Source: the human T2T-CHM13v2.0 reference genome, Homo sapiens. From it: DNA of 64,000 nucleotides. Position 1 is the stretch's first letter. Each line of letters begins with the position of its first letter. This document shows positions 14,621 through 28,032 of this stretch, piece after piece. A program made the translations under genes and the position numbers. The stretch is from assembly GCF_009914755.1 (NCBI RefSeq), contig NC_060940.1. The stretch is one strand, 5' to 3'. A model generated the notes under the pieces. It saw nothing but the letters and a program-made list of their open reading frames with translations, searched no databases and was not told where the DNA came from.

Positions 14621-14746
14621 CACAGTCATCTATGGAGGCAAGTGTCAGACTTTGTGTTAGTATAACTGCGGACTGGATAGGGAGCGTTTGTCCAGGCTGG
14701 TGCTGCCGCGGTCTCTATCTTGTTTCCTAAACTCCAGTCCATTGTA

Positions 14747-15050
14747 GGCTGGGCATTGTGGCTCACGCCTATAATCCCAGCACTTTAGATGGCTGAGGCG
14801 GGCGGATCACCTGAGGTCAGGAGTTTGAGACCAGCCTGGCCAACATGGTGAAACCCTGTCTCTACTAAAAATGCCTAAAACTAGCCAGGTGTGGTGGCAG
14901 ATGCCTATAATCCCAGCCGCTTGGGAGGCTGAGACAGGAGAATCGCTTGAACCCAGGAAGTAGAGGTTGTGGTGAGTCGAGATTGCACCATTTTACTCCA
15001 GCCTGGGCAACAAGAGTGGAACTCCATCTCAAACTAACAAACTAAAAAAA
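14747..15050 (+). mobile_element. Full-length AluSx/Sq
   Basis: ggctgggcattgtggctcacgcc...gatcacctgaggtcaggag...ctgggcaacaagagtg. Confidence 0.95.
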
Positions 15051-15479
15051 ATTCTGACCACTGTAGCATTGGTCACTTTCAATCATATCAAGGTTTAGAT
15101 CAGAAATGATATAGCTACTATAACAATTAAATTCAGTATGTGAAATTGCAACTGTCTTGGAAACGTCAGAGACTCACTTTCTTCCCCTTGTCTCCCAGGA
15201 TCTTGCTGGACGTGTAATAGTTACCCAGCCTTCAATGGATTGAGGAGCAACCCAGGACAGTGGACAAAGCCTTGGTCTTGAATCACGTGGTCTCTTCTCT
15301 TGTTCAGACTTTGGCAGCTGGTCACATGTGTGATTTGGACCCTATTACATCAACCATAAAATGATTGAAGAACCAGACATGCTGTCTTTTTCACAGAAGA
15401 TTAGGGAGAGGCAGTTAGCTCATGAATGAGAAAATATAATATAATTTGAACAGTTCTGCAGTCATTAAGATAGTGGTAG

Positions 15480-15700
15480 TAACAGCCAATATGCATGTTG
15501 AATGCTTAGTCTGTATAGCCTGTTGTGCCAAGCTTTGTGCAAGAATTACTTTATTTTATCTGCAAAACAACCCTACAGGAGTCATAGTTATTATCTCTGT
15601 ATCAGAGATACAAACACTAGAGCATAGAGAAGCAAAGATACTTGCCAAAGTCATGTAGCAAAAACTTGTCAAAGCTAGGATTCAAACTCAGATCCTAGTC
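15480..15700 (-). mobile_element. MIR
   Basis: aacaaccctacagg...cttgccaaagtcatgtagc...ggattcaaactcag. Confidence 0.6.
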
Positions 15701-16649
15701 CTTCCCCACCAGGCAAGGCTGAATTACTCTACAGAGAGAGAGTGAGTGCGTGCGAGAGACAGAGAGGGAGAGAGAAAATTCTTTCCTAGCTCTGCCTTAT
15801 TTCTCTGGCTCTGATGATAGGAAAGCAGTGGCCACATTGTCATAAGCTCCAGTCACTCTCCAAGATGGCAGAACATTCCAACACTGGTTAATGGCTCTGG
15901 GATCATCCCATATTGAGGGACATCCATCCCTTTGTGTTCTGACATTGATGTTACTGTCAGTTGACAGTGAGCTTTATCATCAATCCCTTCAAGTACAAAA
16001 GGCCACTGTTCAGAAACTGTTATTAAAAGCAGCCTCTCTTTTTAAAAGCCGTCTCTCTTTTATTCCTTCCATAATAGGAGCCAGTGTACCAGAAGAGGCT
16101 GACCTTAAGTTGCGCCTGTTTAGTTAAACAAACAACAAAAAAAAGGAAATAGAATAGGTTATGTTTTTAATGTATTTAAGATTGGAGGCCTAGAATTAGA
16201 ATGGAACTGGGGGTGGGAGGAGAGGTGGAAGGCAGGATAGGAAAAAAGAGAGGTGGCCTTGGATTTTCTTTGCTTTTGGATAATGGGCATTTCTAGTTAA
16301 ATCAACACAGTCTATTTCACAGCCTGTCTCCCGGTGATGTATATACTCTTTGGACAGTGTTGTGGGCTGCCTAAAGATCTCTTTTAGCCATGGGACATGG
16401 GTATAAATAAGCTTTATGTAGTCACAGCTACTAAGAGCAATGTGCGTAGAGTATATTCTGAAAGGAGAGGGCAGGATGCTCATTGTCATGGCGGATGAGG
16501 TCAAGAGAGAAGGGGGAAGATCCCCGAGGGATGCAAATTGGGGAGGGTTTTACCAAACAAACTTCCTCCAGGGTTTTTATTCACATTTTAATACACTTTG
16601 GGGGGAGGTATTTTAATTTTAAAAAGATGCATGTGATGGAGGGGTGATT

Positions 16650-16880
16650 TGATATAGAGGTTAAGTATGGGTTTTATAATTGGGCTTCCGAGATTCAAAT
16701 TCAGCTCTGCCATGTATGAGTCAAAGAAGTCACATGCATATTATTTAACCTCTTTGTGTCTGTCTTCGCATCCATAGCCACATGCATTAGCTGTGAATAT
16801 TAAATACGTCAACACATGAAAAGAGCTTACAAGAGCACCTGGCACACGGGGAGTGCTCAGAGAGCATTTGCTGTTATTAC
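16650..16880 (+). mobile_element. MIR
   Basis: gattcaaattcagctctgcca...tatttaacctctttgtgtct...gagcacctggcacac. Confidence 0.65.
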
Positions 16881-17229
16881 TTGCATTGTCTGGGTGCTTT
16901 CTATGTACGAGGTACTGAAGGAACAGTGGTGGATGAGACAGCCACAGTCTGCCTCCATGAGCCGTATGTTCATAGATTAAAATAAGGCAACAAACATAAA
17001 TTGATCATTATACATTTTGAGAATGCTGTGAAGGGCCCTCAGTTGGGATTAGTCCAGCCCCCACTCCCCTCCCCACCAACCTACTCAAGATCGTTAAGAA
17101 AGACTTCCATGAGAAGGTAGCATATGGGCAAAGATCAAATGCATGACCAGCTATGGGACCAACACACCAATGGAAGGAAACAGAAGATGCATAGGTTTTG
17201 AGAGCAGGAAAAAAAGAGACTTGTGACCA

Positions 17230-17513
17230 TAATCCCAGCACTTTGGGAGGCCGAGGCAGATGGATCACGAGGTCAGGAGTTCAAGACCAGGCTGGCCAAG
17301 ATGGTGAAACCCCGTGTCTATTAATAATACAAAAATTAGCCAGACATGGTTTTGGGTGCCTGTAATCCCAGCTACTCGGGAGACTGAGGCAGAGAATAGC
17401 TTGAACCCGGGAGGCAGAGATTGTAGTGAGCCAAGATCGTGCCACTGCACTCCAGCTTGGGCGACAGAGGGAGACTCCATCTCAAAAAAACAAACAAACA
17501 AAAAAACAAAAAC
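17230..17513 (+). mobile_element. 5'-truncated AluS (Sg-like)
   Basis: taatcccagcactttgggaggccgagg...ggatcacgaggtcaggagttc...A-rich tail. Confidence 0.95.
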
Positions 17514-17722
17514 CAGAGGAGAGACTGGTATTTTAGAGGACCTGAAAGCAGCCAGCATAGGTAGAGAGTAGTGATCAGGCAGGGAGTGGCCCCTGTGGAG
17601 GTAAGGCATGCAGGCAAAGGTGAGATCTAGCCAGGGCATCCATGCCAAGTGATGACATGATTTTAATCTTAGAATGATGGGAAAACACTGGGAAGGTTGA
17701 AGAGTGTCCTGATCAGCTTCAC

Positions 17723-17909
17723 ATTTTTTTTCTTTTTTTTTTTTTTTTATTATACTTTAAGTTTTAGGGTACGTGTGCACAATGTGCAGGTTAGTTACAT
17801 ATGTATACATGTGCCATGTTGGTGTGCTGCACCCAGTAACTCGTCGTTTAACATTAGGTATATCTCCAACTGCTGTCCCTCCCCACTCCCCCTACCCCAC
17901 AATAGGCCC
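17723..17909 (-). mobile_element. Young L1PA (PA3-5-like) 3' end, about 190 bp
   Basis: ttattatactttaagttttagggtacgtgtgcacaatgtgcaggttagttacatatgtatac...; TSD cacatttt. Confidence 0.92.
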
Positions 17910-19079
17910 ACATTTTAAGGTTACTCTGGCAGTGGAGCAGGAAATGGCTTGTAGGTGCGGTAGAAAGGCCAAAAGGAGGTTCTTGCAGCTGACTAAGCAG
18001 GAGGTGATGTTAAGTTAGCCCAGGCACGTGGCAGGGTGAGAACAGCCCCTTGCAGATAAGGCATGCTGGTTCAGCTCTGTGTTCTCTTCACCCTGCTTAC
18101 CTAACCACCTTCATCTGCTGTTGCTTAGTTGCTTGCTTTCACCAGGCTATAAGAGCAGGGACTATCTTTTTTTCCCTTCTTCTTTATACATTCTGTTTCT
18201 AGTCCTGTGTCAAACTCAGGCTAGGTGCTCAGTATGTGTTTAATGGATGAAATATGCAGTCCACTGCTCATTAGAATGTTTAATTTTGCAAGCCCATATT
18301 ATTAGAATATTAAGCGAACTACCTCATGACTAGGAAAGTCACTCCTCTTGACATTGCAATGTTTGTGATGCGGAGGTGGGATTCTAGATTATCTTTATGT
18401 CAAAGAAAATGAGCAATGCTATGGACCTTGGGCAGAGCACAGGCAGTACATGGCTTGGCAATGTATTTTCTGTAGGAAGATGTCCCCTTAGCTCCTTATC
18501 TGTGGTATTTCAACCAGGAGCCCTAGTTAATTTTCATGCAGGAGAAGCCTTTGAAACCCAGGCCTCTTTTATGCTCTGGGAAGATTTGAGAGGGGTCATC
18601 CCTGTTTAGATTGGTTCTCTGCACCAGTCGGGGAAGCCTGCCGGCTGTTCTCAGCATGGAGTATGTTGCAGAGAGGAAACAGACCAGAGAACCAGGGCAC
18701 TTCCCAGCTTGAATCAGGCCTGTCTTGTGTGGGTTCATTATTTTGTTGGAAATTAATCCCCCAAATGGCAGACATAGTATATTTGAATGTGAACTGACCG
18801 TGCATTGCTTGGCCAAGTGAGAGTGGTTTTTGGATTATCCAACCTGGTTGATTGTCCCTGTCTCTGAACCCTTCCATTAGTGTAGATAATTGAAAGATAC
18901 CTGATTTTGTTTTTTCACACCCAATTTGATGTCCTTATGGCGTTTGAGATGGGGTGGGGAGTGTGAGATGGTCAGAATCAGCTTGCTGTCATTTGCAATG
19001 GAAGCGGTGAAGTTTGCAAACAGCAGTACCACTTAATGAGAGCTTGTCATGATATAGCCATTGTGTTCAGCTCTTAATC

Positions 19080-19410
19080 TTAATGACCACATTCACTCCT
19101 CACAACAACCCTACAGTAATAATAACACTAGCACTTATTTGGCATTTACTATGTGTCAGGTGCTGTTCTAAACACTGACAAGTATTAACTAACTTAACTC
19201 ACAAAACAAACCCCAGAGAGTGAGAGTCACATGGACTAGGATCTGCACAGCACCCTTGATATTAAACTGGGGGGAAGCCCTGCTTGTGACATGGGTACCA
19301 TTATTATTCTCCTGTTACAGGAAGTTCAGAGGGGTTAAGTCACCTGCCCAAAGTCACACAGTCAGTGTGTGGAGGGGGCAGGAACTGAACTAAGGTCCTT
19401 AGGTCTCCAA
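19080..19410 (-). mobile_element. MIR fragments
   Basis: cctcacaacaacccta...gcatttactatgtgtcagg...ggttaagtcacctgcccaaagtcacacag. Confidence 0.6.
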
Positions 19411-19936
19411 AGTCCCCTTGCTTTCTTTTCATTGCAGCAGCCTAAGAACCAAAAGTTAGATATTTATTATACATGGGTTTGGGGCTCTTTACAGTATGAT
19501 AGAAAAATATACTGCTTTGCTAAAGCCTCCCCCTACCCCTTGGAGGTAGGGGGAGAGAGAGAGAAAAAGAGAGAGAAAAAAATGAGAATAGCAATGCCAG
19601 CTAAAACTCTGCTCGAAGCACAGAGTTTGGTGCATCAGTACATGTGAGTTAAGGGAACAACCAAATTACAAATTAAATGAATGAAAAAACTGGACCCAAA
19701 CTGATGCTTCCTCTTCATGCTGCCCCTAATGACGTAGCTGGAGTCACTTCACTTCGGGACTTCTCAAAGCCCTGCCTCTCCTTGCCAGAGATTTACGTCC
19801 AGTCTGAGGATCGTTTAAACTTCCTCCTCTGTCCAGGATTCTGTGACCTTACTTACAAGGCGGCTGTCTGCTTTCTCCTAAATTCTGTCTCCTGGTTCCG
19901 AACTCATTATTTCTGATCCAACCAATTCTGTAATGT

Positions 19937-20049
19937 CAGCCTGTGTAACATAATGGAAAAACAAACTTAGGGTAAAGGAACTCCAGCGAGAATTTTAGGT
20001 CTCCTTGCTTGATGGAGGTTCGTGGCCCTGAGCATTTCTAAGCATCCTC
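19937..20049 (+). repeat. 113-bp direct repeat, copy 1 (copy 2 at 22014-22126)
   Basis: cagcctgtgt.acataatggaaa...ccttgcttgatggaggttcgtgg...taagca.cctc; ungapped, 15 mismatches. Confidence 0.93.
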
Positions 20050-20569
20050 ATGTTCTTCTCCAACTTCCCCTATGACAGTCCAGTCCTCCACATGGGGAAG
20101 AGAACGTTTTATCTGTACCTGTCTTTGGTTTTGCGTCCCTGCACCCATCCCGCAACTTGATAGAAAAGGCAGAGAGCCCTTCTGCCATTTCTTCTCTCAA
20201 TACGCCCCCACCCTAAAACTGAAAAGAAGAAAGGTAAAATGGGCTATTCAATGAGGAGTCTAGGTGTTGGGAAGAAGAATCTATTTCGAGGATCTGAAAT
20301 TGGAACCTGCATCAGACCTTAGGATAAAGATAATTATCATGTGCAGAAAATTCAATTAAAAACAAAACAAAAAAGAAGAAAAAGCATCTTCCAAGTTGTT
20401 CTTAAAGTGTAGTTTTGCAATGACTATCACTGAAAAGTAAGTGTGGAGATCTGTTCAGTTCTGTAATTGAGTTGGGAAGTCGACCCGAAGGAATTCCAAA
20501 AGCCCCAGTTGGCCAGAAGAACAGGATATGATAGGATGCTGTTGATCTGCTTTCGTTTCCATGCCAAGG

Positions 20570-20606
20570 TGTTTTGTTTTGTTTTGTTTTGTTTTGTTTT
20601 GTTTTT
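20570..20606. repeat. (GTTTT)n microsatellite
   Basis: Seen directly. Confidence 0.95.
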
Positions 20607-21551
20607 GGTAAACTTCCATTCATGACTGTGTACAGCCAGAAGCCAGTAGGACAACAGTGGCTTTGTAAATTTGCAACAGATATTCAAACAAGATAAGTAC
20701 ATAATTAGCATGGAGCAGCAGATGAGGTAGTGTGGAAGATTTAAATTCTGCGTAGGGAATTAGCAAACAGTTCCTGATAACCACATTCTGAACATGTTGC
20801 TGTTCGATGGGTGTGAATGGATCGTGTAGGCACAGCCCATCTAGATGGCTAATAATAGAAGGGATTGTTCAAGAACAACAATGTATTGTGTGCTTACCAT
20901 GTGACAGGTAATATGCTAGACTACTTAGTGATATAATGCTTTCTTCGTAATATCTCTGTGAGGTAGGAACTATTATAATCCACTTTTACAGATAAGGGTG
21001 CTGAATCTCTGATTGTTGAAGGGACATAACCCTGCCATCTCTCCTTCTTGATCTATATATGTATCTCTATCTATCTCTATCATACACACACTTACATCTC
21101 TAATGAATGGCAAAGCTTGGATTTGAATACAGGTCTCATCTAACTCCAAATTCTATTTCTCCTAGAGGAAGTTCAACATGAGGGATTTCGACAAAAAGGT
21201 TGTTAAAAGCAGTCTGATTGACTTTCACCTAACAGATCTTTCCTTCATCATCGCCATCATTTTAGGTCTCTGCAAAGTCATCACATCTGTCACTGACGTT
21301 GCACCTACTTTGACACAGGCTGTGGGCTACGCAACTTGCATGCATGAACTCCTGGGGAACTCACAGCAAACCTTCATAGGTAGGCACCATTATCCTGATG
21401 TCTGTCTCAGGTGAGAAGCCAGAGGCTCGTTTTCCAAAGTCACATACGTAGAGGTCCTGCCAGGACCCAAATTTGGTGACTCTGAGTCCTACATTTTGCA
21501 CTTTTATAACCACACACTCTTTTGTTTTCCAATCAAAGCTTGATCAATGGT

Positions 21552-21635
21552 TGATGATAGATAGATAGATGGATAGATGAATGGATGGATGGATAGATAG
21601 ATAATAGTTAAAAGAAATAGATGTGTGTGTGTGTG

Positions 21636-21686
<51 letters not shown>

Positions 21687-21688
21687 GT
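21552..21688. repeat. Compound (GATA/GATG)n plus (TG)n(TA)n microsatellite
   Basis: Seen directly. Confidence 0.9.
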
Positions 21689-22013
21689 ACCTATACAGAA
21701 TATATACCTGTATCCATATCTATATAAATTTGGAATTCAAAATTGTGCTGTCTTTCTCTTTCTTCTGAGTCGCCTGACCAGCTTGCTGCATTTGCAGCCG
21801 CCACAGTGCATTTAACTCCTTGCTTGCATTGGTATTCCTTTTTGGAGCAGCCCCGTCACAATAGCAATTGGAATAAAACCCCAAAGAGTAGTGCAGAGAA
21901 TATAAATGGGTTATTTTTCACCTCAACTCAAGTAGGACAGAACTCTCATAAAGAACCAGGGAACAAAGGTTCCATGACAAACATACACCAGGGGACTTTA
22001 GCTCTCTCTGATA

Positions 22014-22126
22014 CAGCCTGTGTGACATAATGGAAAGACAAACTTACGATCAAGGAATTCCAGTGAGAATTTTAGGTTGCCTTGCTTGATGGAGGTTCGT
22101 GGTCCTGTGTGTTTGTAAGCACCCTC
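22014..22126 (+). repeat. 113-bp direct repeat, copy 2
   Basis: 98/113 identical to 19937-20049. Confidence 0.93.
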
Positions 22127-23625
22127 GTCAATAGCATTTATCGAATATCTACTCTGTAAGTGAGGCTACTGGATATTGCCTGTCTGTATAGGTTATCATG
22201 CAGTGAGCCTGGATCCATGTGAACTAAACAGATGTATTCAGGGAGAACGTTTATCTCTCTAAATAAGCAATTGTTTATCAACAATATAAATATCTATCTA
22301 CATAAGTGATTGTTTTTATCAAAATCATGAGAATCATTAAAGAGAATTTACGGCAATGAGATTGGAAATAAGAGCTTTCTGGATAATTAAAAGCTGATGT
22401 GAAATTAAATATTTTATTTTCAAAGGCAGAGTAGCAGAGTGCTTAAGGATATGGGATTGGTAATAACCCTTGCTGAGTTTGAAGCTTGATCCCAAGGTCA
22501 TACCATCTTGGGCAAGGTGACTATGTATTCTTAAACTTGGTTTATTTTCTATGGTAGGAAGACATTTTAACATCTGTGCAACCTTCATAAACCTTTGACT
22601 GATGCAATCTAGTCTCTGCGTGAAATTCCATTCAATGGGGGAAAGCAATACAAAATGTTAAAACTGAACATTTTTTAAATTTTAAAGCATTTTGAAAAAC
22701 CTCTTTTAAAATTAACATAAATTAAAACAATATATTTCTGTCTTCTGAAAAATATACATGTGAAAGGAAATTCAATTCATTATTTTTAGTAACACTTCTC
22801 ATGTCCTCTTTCCTGCCCTGTTCTCTGGGATTTACATGGTGCAACAACTTTTTCTTGGCTTTCCCCCCATGCCCACCCCCACTGTCTACCGTTGACCCAT
22901 TCAGATTCTCTCCCTTTATTTCCCAGATTATTAAAATATATATGGTTTTGGCCTTTTTTCAGTCAGTGCTTTTATTCCTTCTCTTCTTCCTTCCATCTCT
23001 CCCACCCCTTCCTTTTATGTCATTCTTAAAGTTCAGCATCACATATGTCCGGGGACCTGTTTTTCAGCTCAGAAGGCTGGGGAGAGAGATAAACAAGAAA
23101 GAAAGTCTGTGGATTAGAAGGGTGGTGAGAACCTGGAAACATTTCCATATCAATACTTTTTGGTTTAATCACCCCATTTGCTTTGACTTCTACCTGTCAA
23201 CAGCACACAATGAAGACCAAGCCACAGAGCCTCCATTCCCAGGCATGGGAAAACTCTGTGGGTAGTTGAGATGCAGCAGTACCCAGGTTCACTTGGGGCC
23301 CTTTTCTCCATGGTCCTGATAGGACAGATGAGATGCGAAAGGATGGCTGGTATTTTGCTCGGCCAAGAGGTGAAAGGGCACAGGACAGGAGGAGAGTGGA
23401 GGAAATGCAAGTTGGTGTGAAGCTATAGCTCTGGTGAGAATAATGTATGAGATGAGTGCATGCATGGTGATTTTGACTATAAGACCCAAGAGGACCCCTC
23501 CTCATACAAATGGATACAGGTGGGTGCCAACAGGAGGAATGCGCTGTTCAGTGTCCTATAAGGTTAGCAATCATGTCAGTTTTCAAAGTCCACAGAGAAG
23601 TGGTGCCTGTGGTCAACCTGGAAGT

Positions 23626-24043
23626 ATGACGGATTGGATAAAGAAAATATGACATATATACATCATGGAATACTATGCAGCCGTAAAAAAAGAATGAGTT
23701 CATGTCCTTTGCAGGGACATGGATGAAGCTGGAAACCGTCGTTCTCACCAACTAACACAGGAACAAAAAACGAAACACCGCATGTTCTCACTGATAAGAG
23801 GGAGTTGAACAATGAGAATACATGGATACAGGGAGGAGAACGTCACACACCGGGGCCTGTACTTGGTGGGGTGCAAAGGGAGGGAGAGCGTTAGGACAAA
23901 TACCTAATGCATGCGGGGCTTAAAACCTAGATGACACGTTGATGGGTGCAGCAAACCACCATGGCACATGTATATCTATGTAACCTGCACATTCTGCATG
24001 TGTATCCCAGAACGTAAAGTTAAATAAATAAGTAAATAAATAA
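23626..24043 (+). mobile_element. L1PA (PA7-10-like) 3' end
   Basis: ggaatactatgcagcc...tcctttgcagggacatggatgaagctggaaacc...gcaaaccaccatggcacatg...(TAAA)n tail. Confidence 0.92.
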
Positions 24044-24097
24044 ATGGAAAAAATGAAAGTAGGATCATTTCCACATAGCAGTCTATTATCTGTAACA

Positions 24098-24329
24098 AAT
24101 ATATATATATGTGTGTGTATATATATATGTATATATATATGTATATATATATGTATATATATGTATATATATGTATATATATACGTATATATATGTATAT
24201 GTATATGTATATATATGTGTATATATGTATATATATATGTGTATATATATGTATATATATATGTGTATATATATATGTATATATATATGTGTGTATATAT
24301 ATATGTATATATATATATGTATATATATA
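24098..24329. repeat. Long (TA)n/(TATATG)n low-complexity tract
   Basis: About 230 bp of alternating purine-pyrimidine sequence; explains the I/Y/H-rich ORFs. Confidence 0.97.
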
Positions 24330-24619
24330 AGGCAGTCAGAAAGAAAGGATGGTCCAAGAAGGGGAAGAGGTTGGGTAAGAGGACTGAGGCAGAAGGAGGC
24401 AGGCATGCCCAAGGTCACCTGGAACCCCTGACCCTTCGAGAGCAGAGTTCATCCTTGGAGCCCTGGGACAGAGATGTGAATCAGAGAAGTTGATGAGACC
24501 AGATTGTATGGATTTGGAAAGTTAGTCTAAGGCTTTGAACTTGACATTGGTTGCAGTTGTGAATTTTGAAAAGCGATTAAACCGATATAATCAATATGTC
24601 AACATGTGCTTAGGACAGG

Positions 24620-24832
24620 TGCTGGCAGTCTCAGCACCACTGACACTTTAGCCAGAACACTTTTGCTGTGGGATGCTGCCCTGTGCATTTTAGGACACTT
24701 CGTAGCATCCCCGGCTGCCACTCATGACATGCCAGCAGTGTCTTCCTCTCCCGTTTTGACAACCAAAAATGTCTCCAGATATTGACTAATGTTCCCTGGG
24801 AAGAAAATCACCTTTGGTTGAGAAACTCTCAT
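24620..24832 (-). mobile_element. MER20 (hAT-Charlie)
   Basis: ctgccctgtgcattttagga...tgacaaccaaaaatgtctccagatattg...ggttgagaaac. Confidence 0.8.
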
Positions 24833-25106
24833 TTAGGAAGATACTGCTAAGAGCAGTATGTGGGATGGATAGAAGGCATATGAAACCAGAAGCAAGAGGA
24901 CCCCTTAGAAGGCTGTAGTAAAACTTAGGTGGAGACGTCCTAATAATGTGTGCACCCCAAAGCGTAAACCTTACACCTGCATTCCATGAGTAGTTGTGAG
25001 ATTTGTAGGAACTTTGAGAAAGAAGAATGACTGGTTGGAGTATTTAGCAGGAAGCACAGGGGTCATTTTTTGATGTATTTTATTTATTGAATGATTTGGT
25101 TACTTA

Positions 25107-25273
25107 TTTTTCGTTTTTTAATTTCATTTTAAGTTCCAGGATACATGTGCAGGACATGCAGGTTTGTTCCACAGGTAAACATGTGCCACAGTGGTTTGCT
25201 GCACCTATGAACCCCTCACCTAGGTATTAAGCCCTGCATGTGCTAGCTATTTATCCCGATGCTCTCCCTCCCC
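25107..25273 (-). mobile_element. L1PA 3' end fragment
   Basis: ttttaagttccaggatacatgtgcaggacatgcaggtttgtt...ctaggtattaagccc. Confidence 0.88.
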
Positions 25274-25414
25274 ATGATGTATTTTATTTTTCTGAATCTA
25301 TTAAAAATGGCCCCTCAGCCAAAGGAGCAATAAATTCACTCCCAGCAGGGATGTTAGCCAAATCTCTTTTCCCCATTCAAATTAAAAGACAGCAGCAACA
25401 ATATTTGATGTTGA

Positions 25415-26069
25415 ATTTCTTCTTCTTTTTTTTTTTTAAACTTTTAAGTTCAGGGGCACACGTGCAGGTTTGTTACATAGGTACACTTTTGTCCTGGGGG
25501 TTTGTCGTACAGTTGATTTTGTTGCCCAGGTTTAAACTTACTACCCATTAGTTATTTTTCCTGATCCTCTCCCACTTCCCATCCTCCACCCTGAAGTAGA
25601 CACCACTGTCTGTTGTTCCCTTCTATGTGTCCATGTGTTCTCATAATTCAGTTCCCATTTATAAGTGAGACCATGCGGTATTTGGTTTTCTATTCCTGCA
25701 TTAGTTGGTTAAGGACAATGGCCTCCAGCTCCTTCCATGTTCCTGAAAAGGACATGATCATGTTCTTTTTTATGGCTGCATAGTATTCCATAATGGATAT
25801 GCGCTACATTTTCTTAATCCACTCTATCATTAATGGGCATTTAGGTTGTTTCCATGTCTTTTCTACTGTGAATAGTGCTGCAGTGAACATACACATGGAT
25901 GTGTCTTTATACTAGAATGATTTATATTCCTTTCGGTATATCACCAGTAATGGGATTGCTGAGTCAGATGGTAGTTCTCTTTTTCGGTCTTTGAGGAATC
26001 GCCACACTGCCTTCTACAAAGGTTGAACTAATTTACACTCCCACCAACAGTGTGTAAGCATTCCCTTTG
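25415..26069 (-). mobile_element. Older L1PA (PA15/16-like) 3' end
   Basis: aacttttaagttcaggggcacacgtgcaggtttgttacatagg...ctttgaggaatcgccacactg...cagtgtgtaagcattcccttt. Confidence 0.9.
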
Positions 26070-26699
26070 TGTCCGCATGATGTTGAGTTTCTTAATAAAA
26101 TTCCCATGCCCTTATCCCATCATCTTTTGTAACGTTTTATTTATTTTTAAAACTCCTTACAATTGTCCGTTTTTGTCTAGGGTTTACTCAGTTCTTCACT
26201 GCCAGCTGGCCATTAAAGACATTTGGAAAGAAAAATGCTGATGCAACTGTGCTCTTGTACATATTGCATAATCAACCAAAATAGCCCCAGAAGTGATTAT
26301 GCTTGAAGCTACAATGACAGCAAAGATACACTGTCATTCACCTTGACCCCATTTGAGATCATATCATTTACTCAAGTTCATTGTGTTTCTAAAACAACAA
26401 TTTCTCTTAGAATGAGTGTGTTTTTGATTGTGTGCCCGTGTGTGCACATGAGCATGAGTGCATGTACCGATGAATTTTACACTCTGTTTCCAAATAATCT
26501 TCCATCACAATTCTGTTTATCTCACTCCTCTGCTCAAAAACCTTCAGTGGCTCCCTATTGCTTATCAGATCAACTCCAGGGCAGTGTCATACTGAATACC
26601 TTCCATGGCCCAAACTCTGTTTTCCTAATTTCATCTTGTCCTGCAATATTTTCTGCATTTCACTTTTTAACTAAGCAGGATAATTGTTTAAATGTTTAT

Positions 26700-26925
26700 A
26701 GTATCAACAGGGGGACTATAGTTAATAATCATTCCATTGTAGATTTAAAAATAACTAAGAGAGTTTAGTTGGATTGTTTGCAACACAAGGGATGCATGCT
26801 TGAAGAGATGGAGACCCCATTTTACATGACGTGATTATTATTCATTTCATGCCTGTATCAAAACATCTCATGTACCCCATAAAGATATACAGCTATCTAT
26901 CCACAAAAATGAAAATTTAAAAACA
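26700..26925 (+). mobile_element. L1MA2/3-like 3' end
   Basis: gactatagttaataat...aaaataactaagagag...gcctgtatcaaaacatctcatgtaccccataaa. Confidence 0.85.
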
Positions 26926-27681
26926 TTTAAATGTTTATAAAAATGAAGAAATGAATCAATGCAATTCCGAGTTCATTTACAACATTAGATGACTGATACA
27001 GAATAACAAGATATAGACTTTCTTATGCTCACTTTCTAAATCAAAATTGTTATTTGCTTCTGACAGGGTATTCGGTATTTAATTTTACTATGTCAGACAG
27101 GAAATCTAGAGCTGAACATTTCAAGTGTGCGTGTTTATGAATTTTTCATTAATTACTCTGACTGAAATTGGATACAAGCCTAGCTTAGAAGATCACCCAT
27201 TGCTTATTTACTCAGATTGTTATCCAGGTCACCTACTATCCAGTGAAATCTATCATTATTCCTTTACTTTTGCTTGTTTCATTTGCCACATGCTTTGCTG
27301 GAGGTCTTTTCAGTCTCCCTCCTCTCCTCTCTAGCCGTTAGGCAGAGTTCAATAACTGATGTCTTGAAAAACTTCATCAGGACTCACAGCCTAAGCAAGT
27401 GAAATAAGCTGCCTTCTTGGTCAGTGGAGACAGATATTTTCATGTGTCTCTGTGTCCACTTTCTTCTTTTAAATAAACTTGTGCAAGAACTAGGTAAAAT
27501 ATCTTTCTTCTTTCTCTCTCCTCAAACTCACTTTGCCTTCCTGATTCACCTCCATGAGTTCCCTTTTATAGTTTCTGGGACTTGGGGAGGGTGGCCCAGT
27601 AGCGACGAAAGTGCAAGTGGATTGGTGACTGAAAAATATCTGCGATCATGTACGTAGAACAAATAAAGATAAAAACACTGG

Positions 27682-28032
<351 letters not shown>

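Larger units (their letters stand above)
16880..18040 (-). mobile_element. L2 fragment interrupted by an Alu and an L1PA
   Basis: cagtggtggatgagacagccacagtctgcctccatgagc...gatgggaaaacactgggaagg...ttttaaggttactctggcagtg. Confidence 0.55.

Noticed and set aside
22801-23265. 154-aa ATG-initiated hydrophobic ORF
   Set aside because: Pyrimidine-rich low-complexity sequence giving an F/L/P/S bias; no recognisable domain or exon structure.
23920-24493. Five overlapping ORFs of 73-149 aa rich in I/Y/H/C
   Set aside because: Artefacts of the stop-poor (TA/TG)n tract.
24630-24646. REST/RE1-like motif ctcagcaccactgacac
   Set aside because: It mismatches the critical GGACAG half-site and lies in a decayed MER20; probably chance.
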